The notes: generated by a model from the letters alone, not told the origin. DNA of 64,000 nucleotides from an uncultured Planctomycetia bacterium (GCA_964642015.1 CAZXLF010000005.1:75847-139846), one strand, 5' to 3'. Shown: positions 16,889-25,086, counted from the first letter of the stretch. Made by a program: numbers and translations.

Positions 16889-19800
16889 CAGCCTGAATTA
16901 CGCTGTATATCTAAAAGTAAATAATAAACCTCTCTTAACCTTTCCGCAAAATCTTGGCAATTATTCTTTTCTTTTCCATCCAATCCAAACAACGAAAAGT
17001 CTCCGGTTCTCACGATTTTCAAGGCCTCTCTCATAACATCATCGTTATAATGCCTGTTGTCTGTTCTCTCGTATTGAGATGGGTCTTCGTTGTAAAAAAG
17101 ACCGTTCGGTCCGAAGCCAACATTTGATGGTTGTCTTCCATCTTCAAAAAATCCTTGTTCATGACTCAATTCAATATTGTTCCAATCTAAAACGTCATTG
17201 TTAATTGCAATTGGAACATCGCTCAATTTTCTTTTGGCAAAATAAAATAAACCAAATGGGTCAATAAAGCTAGTCGGGTTGTTTTTTACATATATAAAGA
17301 AATTAACGCCCCCTATAAATTTTGCTGGGTCTTCAGTAATAAACCTCCCTACAGATGGATTATAGTATCTATTCCTGTAGTAATAAAGGTTCGTTTCATT
17401 ATCCCACTGTCTTCCCGTGAACTGGAACTCATTATTCACAGAGCCTGTCTTGGATCTTGTATCTCCGAATACATCGTACGTATAGGTGCCGACAGATGTG
17501 CCGCTCAAGTTCGTGAGCATGCTCACAGACCCTAGGCCGTCGTAGATATAATAGGTATCCTGCGCTCCGGTACGCAGCGAAAGGGTCTCATCTATCCTCG
17601 GCCCATGGATATAAGACCTCTGAATATTGTCGGCGCTATTGGTCTCAAAGAGCGTCTCGAAGCCGTCGTAGTAGGTCCTTGTGACCTTGGTATTGACGCT
17701 CTTTTCTACCCTTCTCCCCAGCCCATCATAGGTATAGGTATCGGTATTGGTGCCTTGAGTGGCTTGTTTCAAGCGGTTCTCAAAGTCATAGGTGTAGTTT
17801 CTTGTGACAGCGTTGTTGGTGTTCTTCTCAGAGATCAGATCCCCGTTGGCGTCGTAAGAATAGAGTTTATTTTTGGAGGTGAGGAGACGGTTGGCGGCAT
17901 CATAGGTGTAAGTGTCGGATACTTTGCCGTTCTTCTTTAAAGTAAGACGATTGCCGACACCGTCATAGCTATATTCGAGCTTTGTTCCCGCGGGATAAAC
18001 CACAGAAGTAAGTCTATAGTCATTGTCGTAGGTGTAAGTGTGTGTGCCTTCATTATCCATCAAGGACAGTCTGTTGCCTACGCTGTCATAAGCATAGGAG
18101 AAGCTCGCGGTATTGAGATTTGAGCTTGTGTTTTTGTAGATGAGACTGGTGAGTCTATTGGCATTGTCGTAGGCATAGGCGGCTTGGATATTATTCGGAT
18201 AAGTAAGCAGCGTTCTCCTGCCTCCCGCATCATAGGCATAATTAAATACCTGGTTCTTCGGCGTCGTGAGAGACGTAAGCCGGTTCATGACGTCATAGGC
18301 ATATGTAGTCGTCCCGACGGTTGAAACCATCGTAGCTGTGTTCCCCACCGCATCATAGGTATACGACATTGTCTTGCCTTTCGGGAAAGTCACCTGGGAA
18401 AGCCGATTGAGCTTGTCATAAACATACTGTGTAAGTCCTGTGGCATCGGACATCGAGGCAAGATTTCCCGCGGCGTCGTAAACATTCGTCACAGTGGACG
18501 CGTCGGGATAAGTCGTCGCAAGAAGCCGGTTCACGGCGTCATAAGAATAACTTGTTTTATTTCCATTGGCGTCTGTTCTTGAAATAAGATTGCCCACGTT
18601 ATCGTAAGCGAATTTTGTGATGTTACCCAACGCGTCCTGCTCGCTGACCTTTCTGTCAAAAGCATCGTAGACGAATGTGGTAAGACCGCTGTTAGCGTCC
18701 TTGACGCTCAAAAGATTTCCGACATTATCATAGGTAAGCGTCGTGATAGCGCCCATAGGATCTTTGCTTGTGATCAACCGGTCAAGCGCATCATAAGTAA
18801 AAACGCTTTGATTGTTATCCGCGTCCGTCACCGAAAGCACATTTCCGTGAGCATCATACGTGAACGTCGTGACGTGATTCATCGCATCGGTGATCGTCGA
18901 AGGGTGGCTGGAAGCATTGACATTGCCCTGGTCCGAGCATGAACTGCATCCGCTGTCTCCGGATCCAAGCGGCGCGCCGTAAGCGAATTTCGTCATGTTG
19001 CCGTTGGGATCCGTCACGCTAAGAAGACGGTCATCATCGTCATAAGTCATATTGGTGGATGAGCCGTTGGCGAACTGGATCTTCAATATCCTATCACCGG
19101 CGTCATACGTAAAAGCAGTCGTTCTACCCAGAGTGTTCGTGACCGAAAGAAGCCGGCCGACGACATCATAGTTGAAGCTTGTGGTGTTCCCCAGGGCATC
19201 TGTCTGAGACACGAGATTCCCATAACCGTCATAAGCGTAGGACGTCGTATTGCCCAAAGGATCAGTCTGAGTTAGAAGCTCATCCAGATTATTATAGGTA
19301 GAAGTCGTGATGTGTCCCGAAGCATCTGTCAGTTTGGTGACATTTCCGTGGGAGTCGAAATCACGGCTCGTGACATGACCATTGCGGTCTGTTATCGACT
19401 GCCAGAAATTATAAGAGCTGTTATAAGAATAGGCCGTGATGTTGCCAGAAGAATCGGTATTCTGATTAAGGTTCTGATCTGAACCATAAGCCAAGGTCGT
19501 CGCCCTCCCTAACGCATCTGTCTTCTGTGTCATGAGGTTCGTATTGGGATCATAAGAATATTTCCACACACCACCCGTGGGATCCAAAGCTAGCGTGCCA
19601 AGACCGATCTTAAAATATTCGTAACTCCAATTATTTTTCAGCTGATCGGTCATCGTCGAAGTGCCGAGCAAATTGTTATAAGAAAATTGAATCGTGGAGC
19701 CGTCGGGCTTGACTTCTTTGATCACCTGGTCAGTACTATTGTAAGTATAGTTGGTGGCATAGCCCATCGCGTCCGTCACAGTTGTGATATTATGCGGATC

Positions 19801-20685
19801 AAACGGATCAGTGTAGCTATAATTAACTTTTCTATTTAATGGATCTTTGACCGAGATCAAATTGTTCAATAAATTATCGTAATTATAAGTCCAGATTCGG
19901 TTCAACGGATCGGTCATCTGGCTTATTTTGCCGTTGGAGCCATAAGTGAAATTCAAGCTTCGTCCTAAGTCATCGCTGATGGAATTTTTGAAGCCGTTCG
20001 CATCATAACTAAATTTGATCGAATGCCCGCTTCGGTCGCTTATAGAAGTAAGACGTGTGATAAAATTTTGATCGAAATGGTAGGTCGTTCCATGAGGTTT
20101 TGCGTAAGCAAAAGTTCCTTGGAGCGGATCCCCTCCTGTCGAATACCACGAGACATTTCTTTGGCCATCTGTAAAAACCACCGGACCCGGAACGATCTGC
20201 GTATCGGTCAACAATAGAAAAGTAAGGAGTGAGCTGTCTTGATCCCTTACGGTCACCGATGAGCCAGCTTTCATGGTTCCGCTGATCACAATAAAATTTG
20301 TGATAAGTTCAATATCAAGTGTTGAAGTCCAACCCGCGCCGAATACGCCGCTAAAACCGATCTGATTCGAATAACTGCGGATCAGCTGAAGCGAAAAACC
20401 ATTTCTTGATGTGCCGGGTCCCGGGATCTTGACATCTGTCACAGGAATGTAGAGCTTGCCGCCGGTAAGCAGTACCGGATCTACAGGGCAAGTGGTATCA
20501 ACCGGAGGGTTAAAACAATTTGGACAAGACGGAGGGCAATCTTTAAGATTATAAGGTTGAGCAGTAGTAAAAGAAGTGGCGGTAGGGCAACCAGCGGGCG
20601 GTGATTGATTGGCCATCGCAAAATTCTGCAGGCCGAATGTCAGAACACAAAGAAAGCTGATGAACTTAAGGGAACGGTTTTTCAT
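16888..20685 (-). CDS. Rhs/YD-repeat polymorphic toxin with Sec signal peptide, DUF6531-like domain and papain-like C-terminal domain
   Basis: Signal peptide (NFAMA|NQ); DPV...RSYSN...FGAGW; dozens of YD repeats; core FTGRQWDNETNLYYYRNRYYNPSVGRFITEDP...NNPTSFIDPFGL; 119-aa tip with SHEQGFF and NNCQDFA. Confidence 0.94.
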   Translation of the reverse strand: MKNRSLKFISFLCVLTFGLQNFAMANQSPPAGCPTATSFTTAQPYNLKDCPPSCPNCFNPPVDTTCPVDPVLLTGGKLYIPVTDVKIPGPGTSRNGFSLQLIRSYSNQIGFSGVFGAGWTSTLDIELITNFIVISGTMKAGSSVTVRDQDSSLLTFLLLTDTQIVPGPVVFTDGQRNVSWYSTGGDPLQGTFAYAKPHGTTYHFDQNFITRLTSISDRSGHSIKFSYDANGFKNSISDDLGRSLNFTYGSNGKISQMTDPLNRIWTYNYDNLLNNLISVKDPLNRKVNYSYTDPFDPHNITTVTDAMGYATNYTYNSTDQVIKEVKPDGSTIQFSYNNLLGTSTMTDQLKNNWSYEYFKIGLGTLALDPTGGVWKYSYDPNTNLMTQKTDALGRATTLAYGSDQNLNQNTDSSGNITAYSYNSSYNFWQSITDRNGHVTSRDFDSHGNVTKLTDASGHITTSTYNNLDELLTQTDPLGNTTSYAYDGYGNLVSQTDALGNTTSFNYDVVGRLLSVTNTLGRTTAFTYDAGDRILKIQFANGSSTNMTYDDDDRLLSVTDPNGNMTKFAYGAPLGSGDSGCSSCSDQGNVNASSHPSTITDAMNHVTTFTYDAHGNVLSVTDADNNQSVFTYDALDRLITSKDPMGAITTLTYDNVGNLLSVKDANSGLTTFVYDAFDRKVSEQDALGNITKFAYDNVGNLISRTDANGNKTSYSYDAVNRLLATTYPDASTVTNVYDAAGNLASMSDATGLTQYVYDKLNRLSQVTFPKGKTMSYTYDAVGNTATMVSTVGTTTYAYDVMNRLTSLTTPKNQVFNYAYDAGGRRTLLTYPNNIQAAYAYDNANRLTSLIYKNTSSNLNTASFSYAYDSVGNRLSLMDNEGTHTYTYDNDYRLTSVVYPAGTKLEYSYDGVGNRLTLKKNGKVSDTYTYDAANRLLTSKNKLYSYDANGDLISEKNTNNAVTRNYTYDFENRLKQATQGTNTDTYTYDGLGRRVEKSVNTKVTRTYYDGFETLFETNSADNIQRSYIHGPRIDETLSLRTGAQDTYYIYDGLGSVSMLTNLSGTSVGTYTYDVFGDTRSKTGSVNNEFQFTGRQWDNETNLYYYRNRYYNPSVGRFITEDPAKFIGGVNFFIYVKNNPTSFIDPFGLFYFAKRKLSDVPIAINNDVLDWNNIELSHEQGFFEDGRQPSNVGFGPNGLFYNEDPSQYERTDNRHYNDDVMREALKIVRTGDFSLFGLDGKEKNNCQDFAERLREVYYLLLDIQRNSG

Positions 20686-21891
20686 TTAAAAGCCCTCCGC
20701 GGACTGCAAGGCATCGGGATTGTTCTTCAAGATAGCTTTGTACCTTTGGATCGTTCTCAAAGATTCTTGGGCTTCCTCGTATCGCTTTTCACTCAAAAAG
20801 TCGTCTTGTTTGACGCTTGAAAATTCCTGTTCGGATCTGTCGAGGTCCCTTAGATAAAAATAGATCCTTCCTTTCCTAAGATGCGCTTCTGAAGAATAAC
20901 CTTTTATCTGGGACGCCTGGTCAAGCAATGCGAGAGCTTCTTTTGGTTTCTTGAGATCGTAGTCGATATCGGCCATCTCCATCATGATCTCAGCGGTCAT
21001 CTTGCCATCTTTTAGAGCATTGTCAGCGTAATTAAGCGCTTGCTGAAGCCGGTCCGTCAGCGTGTAATCATTGCGAAAAGATTGGATGACCTTCACGGGA
21101 TTAAAATCCGCCTCGAACATTTCCCGCGCTTTGGCGAATTGATGAAGCTGCGAATAAAGATCGCCTAAGCCATTCTTATCGTTTACTTGAGTAAAATAGG
21201 CTTCTGCTTTCTTAAAATCCCCTTGCGCCATCGCAACATAACCGAGTCCTGAAACATCATGGGCTTTCTGGAAATAGACGGCGGCTTTTTCGTAGTGTCT
21301 CACGGCCAGGAACACAAGTCCCATACCGCTGTCATCTTTCGCCAAAGTGAAATTGCGCGTCGCCGCGTCAAAATCTTTTTCTTTTAACGCGGTCAGGCCG
21401 AGGCCTGTATAATCCTGGATCCTCTGGAAACAATTTTTGGCCTCTTTTGTGTTATTTTTGGCAAGCGCGATAAGACCCAAGCCCGACCAATCATTGGCTT
21501 TTGAAAAAGCGTCCCGCGCATTTTGCTCATCCTTGAGCGCTAAGTAGGTAAGGCCGAGGCCGCGGTTGTCATTCTTTAAAAGAAAGTGTTTTAGAGCTTC
21601 TTGATATTCACGCCTTTTCAGTCTACAAAGCCCCAGCCCTGAAAGGTCATTGGCCTTTAAAAAGTGGCTCTCCGCTTCATAGGGTTTATTTTGGGCGAGC
21701 ATGACCAGGCCGGCGCCTGATTCATTCCCTATTTTAGAATAAAGCTCCAGCGCTTCATTGAATTGATGCTTGGTGAACGCCAAATACGCGCGTGTCTCCT
21801 CTCCCCCTTCAAAGCCCAGCACGAACGCGGTAGAAATAATAAGCGATATCAAAAAGATCAATTTCAATCGTGGTCTATTCATGGCGCGCAC
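20686..21891 (-). CDS. Exported TPR-like protein with 26-aa tandem repeats
   Basis: N-terminal hydrophobic segment; about 8 repeats of xSGLGLxxLxxxxYxxAxxxFxKAND; canonical TPR-like C-terminus; stop abuts the Rhs start. Confidence 0.85.
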   Translation of the reverse strand: MRAMNRPRLKLIFLISLIISTAFVLGFEGGEETRAYLAFTKHQFNEALELYSKIGNESGAGLVMLAQNKPYEAESHFLKANDLSGLGLCRLKRREYQEALKHFLLKNDNRGLGLTYLALKDEQNARDAFSKANDWSGLGLIALAKNNTKEAKNCFQRIQDYTGLGLTALKEKDFDAATRNFTLAKDDSGMGLVFLAVRHYEKAAVYFQKAHDVSGLGYVAMAQGDFKKAEAYFTQVNDKNGLGDLYSQLHQFAKAREMFEADFNPVKVIQSFRNDYTLTDRLQQALNYADNALKDGKMTAEIMMEMADIDYDLKKPKEALALLDQASQIKGYSSEAHLRKGRIYFYLRDLDRSEQEFSSVKQDDFLSEKRYEEAQESLRTIQRYKAILKNNPDALQSAEGF

Positions 21892-21912
21892 CTTTCATTT
21901 GGTCTTTCGTAA

Positions 21913-21965
21913 ATGATACCTGACGATCCTGTGAGTGTCAATTATTATTTGATAATTTATCAAAT
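21913..21965 (-). promoter_or_regulatory. Sigma70 promoter of the TPR-Rhs operon with upstream 9-1-9 palindrome
   Basis: TTGACA (21936-21941), 17 nt, TATCAT (21913-21918). ATTTGATAA-T-TTATCAAAT at 21947-21965. Confidence 0.7.
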
Positions 21966-21990
21966 TTATATTACAACTTTATCAAAGTTT

Positions 21991-23751
21991 TTATATGCGT
22001 TGGGACCAGCACATCCAAAGGTCCAGACTCACCAACACAAAGATCAATGTCCCGATCAGAAAAGGGATCGCCGTAAAAGGCTTGATCCATCCTTTCCATC
22101 CGGTGCGATAGAACAACGGGCTTAAGACCATCGCCGCGGCAGGCGCCATGAACCACAGGTTCTTTGTTTGAACGCCCAGCGCAAAAAGAACCAGCCCCAT
22201 CAATACTTCACTAAGGAAAACAGCCCCGCTATTAGGGTGAAATGAAAAGAATTTTGCGATCAGATCCTGCCGCTCTTTCGCGGCTGAATGACTGTGAGTG
22301 TTCCTGAAAACGGCCTTCCCGGTCAAAAGAAAAACGATGACAGCGGAAGCCTCGGTGACCAAAGAACCCATAAAAACAAAATTAGACAAAGCCAGATATT
22401 GAAATAACCGGACTGGCTTTTTATAAAGGTCAATGATCGCCGGAATAGTCGGAGCTAAGATCGATAATGCCATCATGAAATAAAAATCAAGCGACCAAAA
22501 TATATGGTAACGGATATGGATCAGGTACTCAAACACCGATTTGCCCTGAGGCACCGGCATTAAAAGAAAAGATCCGGGATATCTGAAATTTGAATAATAG
22601 GTCGGCATCAACGTCCCAAGCATCAAAAGGAATAAAAGCATGATCGACGTTTGATAATGGCTACAAGCTGAAATAATGACGTCCATCTTTTCAAACCAGG
22701 GAATATGACGCGCTCTAAAGAAGCTCGCATAGCCCTTTTTAATGAATTCACTTGTAGCCGTGATCCATTTTTCCGTTCGGATCCTTAGTCGTCCGTAAGT
22801 CGGCGGAAAATCTTCTGAGCAAGTAACACGCTCCGTGTAAATCCCCCGGTAGCCCAATTCCCTTGCCTTTGCCGCGAACGCGAGGTCCTCAGCTACGAGC
22901 TCCGGAAAACCGCCCATTTTCTGCCACACTTCTGTTTTGATAAGAGCGCCATGACCATAGAACATCACAAACCCGAAGCGGTTCTTAGTTTTCACGAAAT
23001 AGCGGTAATGTTGACTGACCATGGGGCCCATCGCTTGGCCGAACGGATCTTTTTGGAAAGGATCATGTTCTTGGGCGGTTTGTATAAAGGCTGCGTCGGG
23101 ATAAGCTTTAAAATAAGGCAGAAGAGATCCGATAAATTTCTTCGGCAGAGGCCCATCCGAATCGCAGACCGCAAAGAAAGGATATTCATGTTGTATTTGG
23201 CGGAGCGCATGATTTAAATTACCTGCTTTAAATGCCCTCCGGTCCGGTCTTCGTATGACCGTCACATTGTGAGGATACTTTTTGGACCACTGATCGACTT
23301 CTAAGCAATATTCCGGCAAAGTGCTGTCATCAAGAATGAAAATATGAAAATTCGGGTAATCAAGATCCAGATAAGTTTCTACGGCCTCTTTCCTGAAATC
23401 ATTGCGTGTCGTGTATAAAATAGCGGTCTTTGGAAAATCAGTGAGTGACGGCAGATCGGGTTCGAAAGTTTGACGTCGAAGCCATAAAGAGGCCAAGATC
23501 ATCGTTGTGTTATAGATCGCATATAACCAAAAAATATCTAAGCATAAAACAAAGATCACGACACATATTCTGGCAAGAAAATTAGGCGCGGCGTAAGTAA
23601 GCGCAAAAAGTCTTGGATCAAAATATAAGATAGCGCACAGCCAGCAAATGATGATCCAAAGAAATACCGGCTCATCTTTCTTTTCATCGAGCAAGATCGA
23701 TTCAGTTCGTTGGGTCAAGTAAATCGGTTTTGTTAAAGTATAGTTATTCAT
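21991..23751 (-). CDS. Membrane-integral GT2 glycosyltransferase (cellulose-synthase-like)
   Basis: LDDS, KAGNLN, DSD, AEDL and RTEKW (at the QxxRW position); 2 N-terminal and several C-terminal TM helices. Confidence 0.9.
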   Translation of the reverse strand: MNNYTLTKPIYLTQRTESILLDEKKDEPVFLWIIICWLCAILYFDPRLFALTYAAPNFLARICVVIFVLCLDIFWLYAIYNTTMILASLWLRRQTFEPDLPSLTDFPKTAILYTTRNDFRKEAVETYLDLDYPNFHIFILDDSTLPEYCLEVDQWSKKYPHNVTVIRRPDRRAFKAGNLNHALRQIQHEYPFFAVCDSDGPLPKKFIGSLLPYFKAYPDAAFIQTAQEHDPFQKDPFGQAMGPMVSQHYRYFVKTKNRFGFVMFYGHGALIKTEVWQKMGGFPELVAEDLAFAAKARELGYRGIYTERVTCSEDFPPTYGRLRIRTEKWITATSEFIKKGYASFFRARHIPWFEKMDVIISACSHYQTSIMLLFLLMLGTLMPTYYSNFRYPGSFLLMPVPQGKSVFEYLIHIRYHIFWSLDFYFMMALSILAPTIPAIIDLYKKPVRLFQYLALSNFVFMGSLVTEASAVIVFLLTGKAVFRNTHSHSAAKERQDLIAKFFSFHPNSGAVFLSEVLMGLVLFALGVQTKNLWFMAPAAAMVLSPLFYRTGWKGWIKPFTAIPFLIGTLIFVLVSLDLWMCWSQRI

Positions 23752-23814
23752 TGCGTTCTAAACAGTGGCGGTGAGCGACTTATTAAAAACTTTACAATTT
23801 ATCCATTGATCAAA

Positions 23815-23849
23815 AATAAAAAATGGCTTGCTATCATTAAAGCAAGCCA
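23815..23849 (-). terminator. Intrinsic terminator in the 5' leader of the GT2 gene
   Basis: TGGCTTGCT, 8-nt loop, AGCAAGCCA, followed by TTTTTTATTTTT on the minus strand. Confidence 0.75.
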
Positions 23850-23902
23850 CTGGGTGGAATTTTGCTTGTTCCATATATTCCTTAACTGTACAACATCTGA
23901 GA

Positions 23903-23931
23903 AGTGTACTGAGCGATCTTGTATTTGTCAA
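23903..23931 (-). promoter_or_regulatory. Sigma70 promoter upstream of the GT2 leader
   Basis: TTGACA (23926-23931), 17 nt, TACACT (23903-23908). Confidence 0.7.
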
Positions 23932-24076
23932 TAGACGAATTGATTTTTTCTCAAATTTTTATCTTAAATCCAAATATAAATCACTAATAATTACCAATGG
24001 TTAACTACACAGAGACCGGGACTTATTCATTTTTAAAAAGAAAAATCCCTTGAATAAAACCCAAGGAGTAAATCAA

Positions 24077-24165
24077 CGGAGAGACTGGGATTCGAACCCA
24101 GGGACCCGTTTTACCAGGTCAACCACTTAGCAGGCGGTTGCATTCGGCCTCTCTGCCATCTCTCC
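24077..24165 (-). tRNA. tRNA-Ser(GCT)
   Basis: GGAGAGA acceptor stem, anticodon loop CT-GCT-AA, long variable arm, GGTTCGAATCC; CCA not encoded. Confidence 0.96.
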
Positions 24166-24175
24166 AAAACTCGTC

Positions 24176-24261
24176 GTCATCCTGAGCGAAGCGAAGCCCG
24201 CCTGCCGGTCGGGCAGGGATCTCATGATGAGATTCTTCGTCACCTCGTTACTCAGAATGAT
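24176..24261. repeat. REP-like palindromic element (GTCATCCTGAGCGAAGCGAAG...CTCAGAATGA) with nested 21-nt hairpin
   Basis: Terminal complementarity TCATCCTGAG/CTCAGAATGA; inner GATCTCAT/ATGAGATT; insert CCCGCCTGCCGGTCGGGCAGG at 24197-24217. Confidence 0.7.
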
Positions 24262-24303
24262 ATGAAGCTAAATCATATCGATTCGGTGGAATTGGTTCAA
24301 TCT

Positions 24304-25086
24304 TTATTTATTGCGTTCTTGAAGGCTTCGAACAATGCGAGTCACAAGCCTTCTAGGACTAAGTCTGACTGAAAAAGCAGCAATTTTATTCTTGATACCC
24401 GGAATTACAAGCGGCTTACCCTTCATCAGCCCACGATAAGCTTCTTTGGCGACGGTTTCAGCGTCCATCATTAAACCGCTATGCACGATCCGCGTACCCT
24501 CAATATCGGCTCTTTTTTGAAAATCTGTCTTCGTCGGGCCGGGACACAACGCGGTCACCGTCACACCGGTTCCCTGAAACTCGTTCGAAAGCGCTTCTGA
24601 AAACGACAACACATAAGCCTTTGAGGCATAATACACCGCCATCAGCGGACCCGGCTGAAAAGCGGCCGTTGACGCCACATTCAGGATCTTCCCATAAGTA
24701 TTTTGGACCATGTCAGGCAAGAACAATTTAGTTAGGTGGGTCAGTGATGCAATATTAAGCCGGATCATTTGCAGTTCCGTTTCAATATCCGTATGCAAAA
24801 AATACCCGTAATTTCCAAATCCTGCGTTGTTGACCAAAATATCGATGGGATGCGAGGAATTTTTAAGCTCTTTATAAATTTGATCCGGGGCGGCTGGATC
24901 CACAAGATCCTTAGCGATCACTTTCACAAGCACACCGTATCTTTTTTCAAATTCTTCTTTTAGATTGGAAAGTTTATCCGCGTTTCTGGCGACTAGCACG
25001 AGTCCGTAACCATCCTTCGCGAAAAGTTTGGCCAATTCATAACCGATACCGCTTGTAGGGCCCGTGATCAAGACTGTTTTATTCAT
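24304..25086 (-). CDS. Short-chain dehydrogenase/reductase (SDR)
   Basis: TGPTSGIG, NNAGFG and YYASK (YxxxK). Confidence 0.95.
   Translation of the reverse strand: MNKTVLITGPTSGIGYELAKLFAKDGYGLVLVARNADKLSNLKEEFEKRYGVLVKVIAKDLVDPAAPDQIYKELKNSSHPIDILVNNAGFGNYGYFLHTDIETELQMIRLNIASLTHLTKLFLPDMVQNTYGKILNVASTAAFQPGPLMAVYYASKAYVLSFSEALSNEFQGTGVTVTALCPGPTKTDFQKRADIEGTRIVHSGLMMDAETVAKEAYRGLMKGKPLVIPGIKNKIAAFSVRLSPRRLVTRIVRSLQERNK

Noticed and set aside
17450-20100. Periodic nucleotide repeats (gtcata/atcgta every ~63 nt) as a possible CRISPR or DNA repeat array
   Set aside because: Explained by the YD-repeat coding of the Rhs protein; there are no identical direct repeats with unique spacers and no cas genes.
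23764-23780. GGCGGTGAGCG as an ops/JUMPstart element for the GT2 gene
   Set aside because: It is on the template strand relative to GT2 and is an imperfect match.
1-24076. Accessory region as a prophage, ICE or T6SS locus
   Set aside because: No integrase, transposase, phage structural, conjugation or T6SS (VgrG/PAAR/Hcp) genes were seen, and no att duplication lies within the window.
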